Shown here one piece after another: positions 23,126-30,951 of a stretch of DNA of 37,568 bases. The DNA comes from a virus. Taxonomy: Duplodnaviria; Caudoviricetes. The stretch lies in the IMG/VR virus record IMGVR_UViG_3300037420_000520, positions 1 through 37,568 of that record. One strand, given 5' to 3'. A program made the position numbers and the translations under genes. Positions within the stretch are counted from its first letter, which is position 1. Each line of letters starts with the position of its first letter. Below the pieces are notes generated by a model that saw only the letters and a list, made by a program, of their open reading frames with translations, did no database searches and was not told the origin of the DNA.

Positions 23126-23895
23126 ACCACCTTGCCTATCAAATCGGCCCCATAGAGGCCAAGCTACGCGCAGAGGCAGCAGAGCGCCGCAGGAGGTTCA
23201 TGGAGGCCAAGCCGCCAGCGCCGCGCCTGATGCTGGTCAAGCCCGCCGAAGCCGCTACAGAAGCCCCACAGCGGCCTCCAGTGGCGTTCGACCATCATGT
23301 GCTGGCCTACAGGGCTCAAACATCCGGCATCGCCTACGTTCTCTATGAATGCCGAGAGCGCGGGCTGACGCTCGATGACCTTAGCCGGTCAAACCGAAGC
23401 CATGAAATGGTGATGTTGCGGGGAGAAATCGCCCACAACCTGTCAACCCGTTTCGGCTGGAGCTATCCGCAGATCGCACGACATCTCAATCGCGACCACT
23501 CATCAATTATCGGATGTGAGGCGACGTACTGCTCGATCAACCATATACAGACGCGGACAAAGCAGCCTCGCCGTGTCGTCACCCCCGAGCAGATGGAAGA
23601 GATCAAGCGCCGGATAATGGCCGGTGAAGGCCTATCGACGGTCGCTAGGTCGATGGGCCACTGCGTTTCCACCATCGTGCGCCGATCGATCGAAAGCGGC
23701 TGGTATGTCGTCAATCGCCGACCGGGCAAGAAGAAGATGCCATTGCCGCTCGACAAGATCGAGCAGGATTACAACGCGGGCATGGCGTTCAGGGCTATCG
23801 CCGCCAAATACCGCGTCAGCACAAGGACGATCAGCAGGGCCGTTGCCGACCATGGGTGGGCGCGGAAGGCGGAAGCGAAGAGGGAAGGGCAATGA
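23122..23895 (+). CDS. DNA-binding protein with a DnaA C-terminal-like HTH and two further HTHs
   Basis: RSHEMVMLR...WSYPQIARHLNRDHSSII; GEGLSTVARSMGHCVSTI; GMAFRAIAAKYRVSTRTI. Confidence 0.8.
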   Translation: MNHLAYQIGPIEAKLRAEAAERRRRFMEAKPPAPRLMLVKPAEAATEAPQRPPVAFDHHVLAYRAQTSGIAYVLYECRERGLTLDDLSRSNRSHEMVMLRGEIAHNLSTRFGWSYPQIARHLNRDHSSIIGCEATYCSINHIQTRTKQPRRVVTPEQMEEIKRRIMAGEGLSTVARSMGHCVSTIVRRSIESGWYVVNRRPGKKKMPLPLDKIEQDYNAGMAFRAIAAKYRVSTRTISRAVADHGWARKAEAKREGQ

Positions 23896-24263
23896 CAGAT
23901 CATCCCTGCGGCTTATGCAATCGTGGCCATTTCCAGCGCACGCCATGGCTATACACCTATCAGTGCGATGAATGCCGGGTAGCGACGGTAATCAAGGATG
24001 AGCGGCGGATCACCTGCGTTGTGCCCCTGTGCCGCCGCACGCGAGGTGACCGCAAGGGCGACCTGTTACGGCCCGGTATGGAATGGCTGTGTGAGGGTCA
24101 CTGGAGAATGGTGTCTCGGACTTTAAAACGGCGCCGAGCGAAACTGCGGAGCATGGAGAAGCGCGCCGATGACAGTGGCAGGCTCAGCAGAATTGACGCC
24201 GCCGATCGGGTGTTGTGGGAGCGCTGCAAGCGCCAGGCGATAGAAAGGGCGGTAGGGATATGA
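23892..24263 (+). CDS. Cys-rich hypothetical protein
   Basis: CGLC, CDEC, CVVPLC, EWLCEGHW; ends IERAVGI. Confidence 0.75.
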   Translation: MTDHPCGLCNRGHFQRTPWLYTYQCDECRVATVIKDERRITCVVPLCRRTRGDRKGDLLRPGMEWLCEGHWRMVSRTLKRRRAKLRSMEKRADDSGRLSRIDAADRVLWERCKRQAIERAVGI

Positions 24264-24556
24264 CAGACATCGCCGAAATGCTCCAGAAAATCCCGCCGCA
24301 CCGCATGGAGTGGCGCGCTCGGCTGATTGACTTCCTTCTGCCTCGCCTCACAGGCACGGCGAAGGAAAAGGAACTGGTGCTGGATATGATATTCGCCTCG
24401 CTCTCCGAAGCTCATAACGAAGGCATCAAGGATTGTTCCGATTTCGCTGGCGACCTAGCGGACAAGTTCACTGGCGATCGGCAGTTTGTTCTCAGGACAA
24501 TACAAAAGCGACTGCTTCAACTGCACGACATGAACGCGAAAGGGCAGGGAACATGA
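24260..24556 (+). CDS. Phage hypothetical protein
   Basis: MTDIAEMLQKIP...; ATGA-coupled. Confidence 0.7.
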   Translation: MTDIAEMLQKIPPHRMEWRARLIDFLLPRLTGTAKEKELVLDMIFASLSEAHNEGIKDCSDFAGDLADKFTGDRQFVLRTIQKRLLQLHDMNAKGQGT

Positions 24557-25077
24557 CTATCGCAGACCTCATCGAAAGACTGGAGCATGCCACCGGGCCG
24601 GATCGCGGCTTGGACGGGCGCATTGCTTGGGCGCTCGGCTGGCGGTTCAACGGCTTCATCTGGGATGGCGATCCGGTAGGTGGCCCTGACACCGTGGAAG
24701 ATTTCAATGAATGGGACCAAGTCGGCGGCTGCTGGATAAAGCCTGGAGATGATAAGTTCTATGGGGATTCCTCGCTCTCGAAACATGAGATGCGTGAAGG
24801 CGAGATGGACGACAGGTGGGCGAACCCGCCGTGTTGGACTGCTTCTGTAGATGCATCCCTTGATCTACTCCGCGATATTCTCCCCGGTTGGCATGTTGAA
24901 AACCTATGCGAATGGAAGGCAACCGTTTTGCGGGATCGTGGGGAATGGATGTGCGATCTGGTGTCTACACAAAAGCCCAGAGAGCCCCGCCTGCACGTTA
25001 AATGCGCTCACGCGGTAAAGCCTGCCATCGCACTAACCGTCGCCATCCTGAAAGCAAAGGACGCGCACGGAACATGA
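24553..25077 (+). CDS. Phage hypothetical protein
   Basis: LIERLEHATGPDRGLDGRIA...TASVDASLDL...PAIALTVAILKA pattern typical of alphaproteobacterial phage genes. Confidence 0.8.
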   Translation: MTIADLIERLEHATGPDRGLDGRIAWALGWRFNGFIWDGDPVGGPDTVEDFNEWDQVGGCWIKPGDDKFYGDSSLSKHEMREGEMDDRWANPPCWTASVDASLDLLRDILPGWHVENLCEWKATVLRDRGEWMCDLVSTQKPREPRLHVKCAHAVKPAIALTVAILKAKDAHGT

Positions 25078-25274
25078 CATACAAAACCCGCGAACCGAAA
25101 TGGCCATGGCATGACTTCCTTACGCCCTCTGAGCGCGATGAGGTGCGAAAGCTGGAGAAGGATAGCCACGAAGCCAAACGCCGCCTAGCGGACATTACAG
25201 CCATAATAAACCCTATCCGCAACAGGGCAATACAGCGGGCGAAGTATGATGCATCGAAGGCGGGGCAGGCATGA
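25074..25274 (+). CDS. Small coiled-coil protein
   Basis: WPWHDFLTPSER...IRNRAIQRA. Confidence 0.7.
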   Translation: MTYKTREPKWPWHDFLTPSERDEVRKLEKDSHEAKRRLADITAIINPIRNRAIQRAKYDASKAGQA

Positions 25275-25726
25275 TCGACACCGCCGAGGCCATGGCTATC
25301 CTGACTGAGTTCGGCGTCGAGGTGATCCCGGCGAGCGGGCATAGTGCGCCCGGAAATACCAAAGCTCTTCGCAGCCTGCAAAGGATCGTCAATCATCGTG
25401 GCTACGATCACGCGCGGTTTCTGATCTTGACGTGGAAGGAATCGAACATTCGCAAAACGGTGTTGGACGCTCCGACTGCATGGGCGCTCAGTGACACAAT
25501 AAAGGCCATGGAGAAGAACTTCCCGGATATCCTAGCCAATGACCCAGAGCGATGGTTTCGCTTCGTAGATGGCTTACCAATTGGATGGATGCAGGAATGG
25601 GCTCGGCCAGTCGATAACATTAACCCGAGAAGGCATGTCATGTTCGGCCAGATTTGGGAGAGAGCAATTCGCATCTTTGGCGCAAGACAGGGGGATTTGC
25701 TGGACGACAGAAGGCTGAGCGCATGA
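25271..25726 (+). CDS. Phage hypothetical protein
   Basis: 151 aa, ATGA-coupled. Confidence 0.8.
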   Translation: MIDTAEAMAILTEFGVEVIPASGHSAPGNTKALRSLQRIVNHRGYDHARFLILTWKESNIRKTVLDAPTAWALSDTIKAMEKNFPDILANDPERWFRFVDGLPIGWMQEWARPVDNINPRRHVMFGQIWERAIRIFGARQGDLLDDRRLSA

Positions 25727-25975
25727 CTGCCTTCCTTCAAAAGCAAAAAGAAAAAACTAGAGACAAAGGAATGGGACTTCAGCGCTGCCACAAGCTAACG
25801 CGCGGTTCGAAGGACAACGTCCTTCGGCGGGGTTTGGGGCGGCAGCCCCTCCTTAATAGATATAGAGATAGGGGCATAAAAATGACTTGTGGATTCAAAT
25901 GTTTACGGGAGCAAATCATGGTATATTTACATGGAATTTGCTATCTTTATGCAATATTTGCAAAAGGAAGCACAC

Positions 25976-26434
25976 ATGCCTCGCAGAAGGATAAGCCACA
26001 TTGACGCCAAGACTGGTGAAGTGCTGGACAGTGGAGTTCTTGCCTATATTACACCCAAGCGCAAAAATGGGTTTGGAAAAGGATGGATGGCCATGAGCCA
26101 AGAAGCGATGAAAATCTTAGCGCAGCGTCGAAAGGAAATAGGCGGTGAGGGGTATGCAGTGATGTTCTCCATCATTGGCTCCTGCGGTTTCGGGAATGAG
26201 TTCAAGGCCGTCAACCAAGCGCAAGTCGCGAATGAAACCAACATGCATCAAAGCAATGTCAGCCGAGCGATCAAGCGGCTGGTCAAGATAGGGATATTGA
26301 TCGAAGGGGAGAGGAAGGGGATCAATAAGGTATACAGAGTTTCTCCAGAACTCGGATGGAAGGGCGAAGCTAAAGGCCATGTCATCGCCTTAAACGAGGA
26401 ACTTCAACGGCGCCTTGAGAGGTCTACAGCATGA
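25976..26434 (+). CDS. RepL-like (plasmid replication/maintenance) winged-helix protein
   Basis: IDAKTGEV, KRKNGFGKGWMAMSQ, NQAQVANETNMHQSNVSRAIKRLVKIGIL, YRVSPELGWKG; AAGGA RBS. Confidence 0.8.
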   Translation: MPRRRISHIDAKTGEVLDSGVLAYITPKRKNGFGKGWMAMSQEAMKILAQRRKEIGGEGYAVMFSIIGSCGFGNEFKAVNQAQVANETNMHQSNVSRAIKRLVKIGILIEGERKGINKVYRVSPELGWKGEAKGHVIALNEELQRRLERSTA

Positions 26435-27168
26435 CATTCGAAGACATCCAAGCACTATTCATCGCCGCCGCCGGCACTGATCGCAAGCTACCAGATACGG
26501 CACGGCCAACCCCACTAAGGGCGCAAGCATTGCCCTACTTCCACCTTGACGTGGAAAAGGCAGGCTGGATTCCCGCCGACTACATCAACGGGGAACCAAT
26601 ACCAGGCAAGACGATTAGGGAGCGGATTGCCATCAAGAGAGCCGTCAAGGATCAACTGGAGATCGGAGATCGAGGGAGGCTGGACGAGGAGGCGGATCGG
26701 TTTTGGGCAGGCGGCAGGGTAACGCCGCATGATGTTACGGAATGGGAGCGCTGCAACGAGCTAATCGTTCATGTCGAGGATACCAGCGAGCGCCGCTGTC
26801 TCTGGCATTGGGCGATCGCTAAATCAGGCGGGAGGCCATTCAATCATTGGTGCTTCGAGGATGAAGATATCCACCCTGAAACAGGGCGCCGACGCAAGAA
26901 TAATGCAATCCGCAGCATCGTTTTGGCACAATCCTGCGTAAAGACGGCTTTTAAGCACGAAATCGACGTATCAACTCTGTTGCATCAACCCACCGAAATC
27001 ATGCATATTGAGGCTAAGATTGCACAAGGCGTCACAGCATGGATGGCCGATAACAACCGCCCTCTCATCTGCGACTTCGACACCGGCCTGAAGAACTATC
27101 AGTGGGCCGAACGTCAGAACGAACTCCGCCGGCAACGCGAACGGAAACGCAAGCAAGAGGCGGCATAG
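26431..27168 (+). CDS. Phage protein at the end of the early operon, possible late-gene regulator
   Basis: IQALFIAAA.TDRKLP...RRCLWHWA...WC..EDIHPETGRRR; occupies the Q-like position before the tRNAs and packaging genes. Confidence 0.7.
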   Translation: MTFEDIQALFIAAAGTDRKLPDTARPTPLRAQALPYFHLDVEKAGWIPADYINGEPIPGKTIRERIAIKRAVKDQLEIGDRGRLDEEADRFWAGGRVTPHDVTEWERCNELIVHVEDTSERRCLWHWAIAKSGGRPFNHWCFEDEDIHPETGRRRKNNAIRSIVLAQSCVKTAFKHEIDVSTLLHQPTEIMHIEAKIAQGVTAWMADNNRPLICDFDTGLKNYQWAERQNELRRQRERKRKQEAA

Positions 27169-27174
27169 GAATTT

Positions 27175-27250
27175 TGAAGCGTAGCTCAGCAGGTAGAGCA
27201 GGTGACTGTTAATCACCTTGTCGCTGGTTCGAGCCCAGCCGTTTCAGCCA
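27175..27250 (+). tRNA. tRNA-Asn(GTT)
   Basis: 76 nt cloverleaf; GGTGA-CTGTTAA-TCACC anticodon arm; GGTTCGAG T-loop; encoded CCA. Confidence 0.95.
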
Positions 27251-27256
27251 GAATAA

Positions 27257-27332
27257 CGCGGGGTAGCCAAGTGGTTAAGGCCTCCGGCTCATAACCGGAA
27301 GATCGGCGGTTCAATTCCGTCCTCCGCAACCA
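27257..27332 (+). tRNA. tRNA with CAT anticodon (fMet-like acceptor stem)
   Basis: 76 nt; C1:A72 mismatch, G2-C71, C3-G70; TCCGG-CTCATAA-CCGGA; encoded CCA. Confidence 0.92.
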
Positions 27333-27408
27333 GCCTTCGTAGCTCAGTTGGAAGAGCGTCTGATTTGTAATCAGAATGTCAGGGGTTCGAATCCTCTCGT
27401 TGGCCCCA
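27333..27408 (+). tRNA. tRNA-Thr(TGT)
   Basis: 76 nt; TCTGA-TTTGTAA-TCAGA; GGTTCGAAT; encoded CCA; two U-U mismatches in the acceptor stem. Confidence 0.9.
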
Positions 27409-27413
27409 GTTTC

Positions 27414-27460
27414 GCGGGCAGATCGCAAGATCGCCGAAAGGCCCGGTTACTGGCGCCCGC
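27414..27460 (+). ncRNA. Compact multi-branch structured RNA candidate
   Basis: GCGGGC/GCCCGC closing stem encloses GATC-GCAA-GATC, GCC-GAAA-GGC and CCGG-TTA-CTGG hairpins. Confidence 0.55.
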
Positions 27461-27467
27461 AAGCATA

Positions 27468-27609
27468 TCAGTGAAGCGGCGTGGAAAGCGGACACGCAGC
27501 GGAGGTGCGAATTGCGTGGATCGCAAAGCACATGAAGATGGGTGACTTGCCCCGTATGAAAGGCAAGCAACGACGATCTAGAGCCGGAGTAGCGACCGGC
27601 CTTCACTGA
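27468..27609 (+). ncRNA. Structured RNA candidate with tRNA-like topology
   Basis: TCAGTGAAG/CTTCACTGA closing stem; GCGTG-9nt-CACGC; GCCGG-8nt-CCGGC abutting the 3' strand; two internal hairpins. Confidence 0.6.
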
Positions 27610-27623
27610 ACAGACATAAATGT

Positions 27624-27652
27624 TTGAAAATAAATGGAATTTGTGGTATCTT
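27624..27652 (+). promoter_or_regulatory. Sigma70-type promoter for the HNH-AP2 gene
   Basis: TTGAAA, 17 bp, TATCTT in an AT-rich patch. Confidence 0.65.
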
Positions 27653-27707
27653 AAGCGGGCCGATTTGGTGCTGCTAACACCTCCTCGGCCCTAACCAAGC
27701 CTGAACA

Positions 27708-28211
27708 ATGGAGGTTCAAGTGGCTAACAAGGAATTACCACAACAATCATTTCTAAATAATCTCTATTTCTACGATGAGATTACTGGTCTCCTAACATTG
27801 AAGGCGACCGGAGAGTCGGCCGGGATGAGGGGGTCTGGCGGGTATCAAGTAGTGAAGATTGGGGATGGTACGTTTTTACTCCATCGCATCATTTGGAAGA
27901 TGGCGACTGGAGATGACCCAGAGTTCATCGACCATATAAACGGCATCAAAACTGACAATCGCCTATTGAATTTACGCTCCGTAACGAAAACTGGCAATAA
28001 TCGAAACAAATCCACCCAAAAGAACAATCAAAGTGGCGTCAATGGGGTTACTTTTAGGCGCGGCCGATGGGTTGCTCAAATCCCAATGCCCGGTGGAGGG
28101 CGCCATTTAGGCCAATATGATACCGCTGCAGAAGCCGTAGCAGCGCGCAAAGCGGCAGAGAAAGTCTTAGGGTATCACCGCAATCACGGGCGCCCTCAGC
28201 CGCCCGGCTAA
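27708..28211 (+). CDS. HNH endonuclease with C-terminal AP2-like domain (start may be GTG at 27720)
   Basis: LHRIIWKM...IDHINGIKTDNRLLNLR...NNRN; SGVNGV...WVAQI...HLGQYDTAAEAVAAR. Confidence 0.92.
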   Translation: MEVQVANKELPQQSFLNNLYFYDEITGLLTLKATGESAGMRGSGGYQVVKIGDGTFLLHRIIWKMATGDDPEFIDHINGIKTDNRLLNLRSVTKTGNNRNKSTQKNNQSGVNGVTFRRGRWVAQIPMPGGGRHLGQYDTAAEAVAARKAAEKVLGYHRNHGRPQPPG

Positions 28212-28223
28212 TTCGACTATCAC

Positions 28224-28250
28224 AGCCCGTCGCCACCGCGACGGGTTTTT
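28224..28250 (+). terminator. Intrinsic terminator
   Basis: CCCGTCGC-CACC-GCGACGGG followed by TTTTT. Confidence 0.75.
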
Positions 28251-28269
28251 CATATCCAACAGGTGACAG

Positions 28270-28560
28270 ATGACCGAAGACCAGATCAAACACATGGTCA
28301 ACCGCTTCCTGACTTGGAGGTTGCCGGAGAACTTCAACCCCGATGGCGGTATCAGCTTCAAGCGGACGTTCAACGAACACACCGTGCATCCCATGAAGCA
28401 TGAGCCATCCGGCACGAATCTCTTCGACGCCACACAGGCAGAGGCGATGGTGCGGCATATGATCGATGGGATGCCGCAGCCGATCCTCGTGACGGTCGTT
28501 GGTGATCAGGTCCGCGATCAGCACGGCAATATTGTCGGAATGGTAGTGAAGGCAACATGA
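28270..28560 (+). CDS. Phage hypothetical protein
   Basis: MVNRFLTWRLPENFNPDGGISF...GTNLFDATQAEAM; AGGTG RBS. Confidence 0.8.
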   Translation: MTEDQIKHMVNRFLTWRLPENFNPDGGISFKRTFNEHTVHPMKHEPSGTNLFDATQAEAMVRHMIDGMPQPILVTVVGDQVRDQHGNIVGMVVKAT

Positions 28561-28742
28561 CCGCCACCGCATTCTCCCACACCCGCCGCGCCTGGGCCAG
28601 ACTGGTCTATAACCTGCGCAGCGGCCTGTCATTCTGGCTGCTGTCGTTGGCCATGACCGTTGCCACGGAGCGTGAGCGGTTCGCGCTCGCTATGGCTGCA
28701 AGAGATCATGCCTACAGGACAATGGGGATGGATGTGAAATGA
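28557..28742 (+). CDS. Small hypothetical protein
   Basis: 61 aa, ATGA-coupled at both ends. Confidence 0.55.
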   Translation: MTATAFSHTRRAWARLVYNLRSGLSFWLLSLAMTVATERERFALAMAARDHAYRTMGMDVK

Positions 28743-29026
28743 AAGGCAACCCAGATAGCGGCAACGAAGATGAGTTCAGCATTGGGCAAGCTCTGCTATG
28801 CATTCCGCTCGGCGTTGCCATCGCAGGCCTACTTATTCTTTTCGCTTCTTTCGCTCATGCCGCGGTACACCCCGACACGGAAATGCCATCTGTAAGGCCA
28901 GAGACGGCCAAGGAAGCGCAACAGCCAAAGCCGCGATGCGTGAGGCTTCGCACTGCGATCGTCACTGTACGCCTCGCTAGTGGTGCAGTGCTGATAGCCC
29001 CGATGACCATTGCGGTGCCGTGCTGA
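28739..29026 (+). CDS. Small membrane/secreted protein
   Basis: Hydrophobic segment ending in AHA (signal-peptide-like). Confidence 0.6.
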   Translation: MKGNPDSGNEDEFSIGQALLCIPLGVAIAGLLILFASFAHAAVHPDTEMPSVRPETAKEAQQPKPRCVRLRTAIVTVRLASGAVLIAPMTIAVPC

Positions 29027-29322
29027 TGCCAAAACTCAGGGATTGGGAAAGAGATGGCATGCTCCGCGATTACGCAAAGGGTGTCCCGCTGAGCGAGATT
29101 GCCGCGCGATACGAGGTGAGCAAATCTGCTCCGGTCATGCTGGCAAAGAGCTATGGTGTCATTCGCGGCTCGTATGTTGATCCGGCGAAGATGAAGACGC
29201 CGGTTCCCGAATGTCCAGTGGCTGAGGTACGTCGCCTCGCCGCCAAGGGGCTATCTATCACTCACATTGGCGCCCTGCTTCGGTGCCGCTATGCCGATGT
29301 GGCGAGAGTGCTGGCGTCGTGA
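29026..29322 (+). CDS. Double-HTH protein
   Basis: GVPLSEIAARYEVSKS; GLSITHIGALLRC. Confidence 0.75.
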   Translation: MPKLRDWERDGMLRDYAKGVPLSEIAARYEVSKSAPVMLAKSYGVIRGSYVDPAKMKTPVPECPVAEVRRLAAKGLSITHIGALLRCRYADVARVLAS

Positions 29323-29402
29323 ATATGGCGGGATGGTTCGGACCCTGGTTTTATGGACGGCCTAAACCAAGACCTCAAGAGACAGATTGAAAGGAGATCG
29401 AC

Positions 29403-29453
29403 ATGGCAAAGAAAACCAAACCGAAGCCGATGAAGCCGCGGCCAGGGTGCTGA
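29403..29453 (+). CDS. Possible 16 aa basic peptide
   Basis: MAKKTKPKPMKPRPGC with a strong AAAGGAG RBS. Confidence 0.45.
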   Translation: MAKKTKPKPMKPRPGC

Positions 29454-29756
29454 ACAACAACCCCCTGTCGTCTCTCCTCCTCCCAAGACAACAGGGTTGA
29501 TCGCCAGTAATGGCGCAGAGGCCAGCTTTCGGCGGAAGGCTGGCCTCAACACTTTGAGTAATGTATATTGGCAAATAGAGTGCGAGAAATCGCGGCGGGG
29601 AAACAAACGACAGGATATAGGAAAGCCGCCCTGTCGCTCTAGTCAAACCCCAATGAATCCAGTATGTTAAACCACCCTACGCCGCGGAAAAGACGATGGG
29701 CAACCCGCTTTGCGAAGCCACCCGCGCGTCAGCTACTAAACCAAGGAGTTCCGTCC

Positions 29757-29885
29757 ATGCCCCTCAAAAAAGGCGGTGACCAGAAAACCATTTCATCCAA
29801 TATCAAGACGGAAGTCGCGGCCGGCAAGCCGCAGAAGCAGGCCGTCGCCATCGCGCTTTCGGAGGCTCGCAAGAGCAAGTCCTGA
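29757..29885 (+). CDS. Small basic phage protein
   Basis: MPLKKG...ISSNIKTE..AGKPQKQAVAIALSEAR; AAGGAG RBS. Confidence 0.8.
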   Translation: MPLKKGGDQKTISSNIKTEVAAGKPQKQAVAIALSEARKSKS

Positions 29886-29887
29886 TC

Positions 29888-30382
29888 ATGCCAGCCCTCA
29901 AAGACCCAAAGCACGAGGCATTCGCCCAGCAGCTTGCGAGAGGGCTGAACCAGACCGACGCCTACACTGCCGCTGGCTACAAGGCGAAACTGGCGAGCGC
30001 CAAAGTCAATGCTTCACGGCTGCTAACCAATGCTAATGTTCAGGCCAGAGTGTCTGAATTACAGGCAAAAGGTGCTGAAAAAGCAATAGCTTCCGTCTCT
30101 TTCGAGGCGAAAGATATCTTCCAGCGGATGGAGGATTTGATCAAGCGGGCGGCAGAGGCTGGCGACTATAAGGCTGCGATGGACGGCATGAAGTTCGTGG
30201 CCCGCTGCTTCGGCTACGAGGACTCGCCGACGCTCACCCACGAACACGTCAAGGGCCAGGCAATCCAGGCTCCAGACCGCAAGCCGGATGAGAACGAAGG
30301 CGAAAAGCGCGAGGAACTCAGGGATTCCGTCGTCAAGAATTTTGCTGAGGAGCTGAAGAAGCTGAGGCGGCGGACGGGCTGA
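29888..30382 (+). CDS. terS: Terminase small subunit
   Basis: LKDPKHEAFAQ..ARGLNQTDAYTAAGY...ASRLLTNANVQARVSEL. Confidence 0.88.
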   Translation: MPALKDPKHEAFAQQLARGLNQTDAYTAAGYKAKLASAKVNASRLLTNANVQARVSELQAKGAEKAIASVSFEAKDIFQRMEDLIKRAAEAGDYKAAMDGMKFVARCFGYEDSPTLTHEHVKGQAIQAPDRKPDENEGEKREELRDSVVKNFAEELKKLRRRTG

Positions 30383-30385
30383 GTT

Positions 30386-30763
30386 TCAGGGCTTTGTCAT
30401 TGGAGGCGGGGATGCTGTTCCTTTTTCTCGGCCTGGTGGTGGCAAAACCCCTTTGTGATCAATCGCTTCGATCTCTCCGAAACCAAGTTCTGCGCCTACT
30501 ATTTCTGCCGCAGGAAAAATTTCTTCCTTACGAATATCAAACCATTCGCCCTTGATCCGCTTTGATTTGAAATGACGGTGCAGAGCAGATTCGATTATCC
30601 ACGCGCCGCCATCAACAACCACAATGTATTCAACACATTCAAGGCTGAACGGTAGAGGCTTCTCCAACTGCGATATTCTCGCAGCAATATCGTATGTCCA
30701 GCCGATTTTGATTGGCTCATCATCGCGTCCCGTGCGGGTAAGAAAATACACATATTCCGTCAT
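30386..30763 (-). CDS. GIY-YIG / T5orf172-family protein
   Basis: YVYFL...IKIGWT..IAARISQL...IESALHRHF..KRIKGEWF. Confidence 0.85.
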   Translation of the reverse strand: MTEYVYFLTRTGRDDEPIKIGWTYDIAARISQLEKPLPFSLECVEYIVVVDGGAWIIESALHRHFKSKRIKGEWFDIRKEEIFPAAEIVGAELGFGEIEAIDHKGVLPPPGREKGTASPPPMTKP

Positions 30764-30951
30764 TTGTAAGGTTCCATTCTATGGAGCAGGGCGCGGCACG
30801 CAAGGTCTGTGCGGCGATCAGTTCCGCGCTTTTTCATATCGACAATGGCATTGGCAGAGACACCGAGAAAGCGGGCGCAGTCTGCATCGGACTTGGCGAG
30901 GCCGGCGGATTTCATCTCTGCGAGCCATCGCAGGAAAGCATCAGGCGACAT
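30760..30951 (-). CDS. Small HTH regulator
   Basis: MSPDAFLRWL...SDADCARFLGVSANAI...LACRAL; stop overlaps the GIY-YIG start. Confidence 0.75.
   Translation of the reverse strand: MSPDAFLRWLAEMKSAGLAKSDADCARFLGVSANAIVDMKKRGTDRRTDLACRALLHRMEPYK

Noticed and set aside
23122-23895. Calling this gene dnaA
   Set aside because: Only the C-terminal HTH pattern is present; no Walker motifs or AAA+ domain
27175-27408. tRNAs as a prophage attachment site or boundary
   Set aside because: Phage genes continue on both sides, and there is no integrase or duplicated tRNA 3' end in the window
27468-27609. Calling the structured RNA tmRNA or a true tRNA
   Set aside because: No CCA end, no canonical TTC T-loop, no G3-U70 alanine determinant, no evident tag reading frame, and too short for tmRNA
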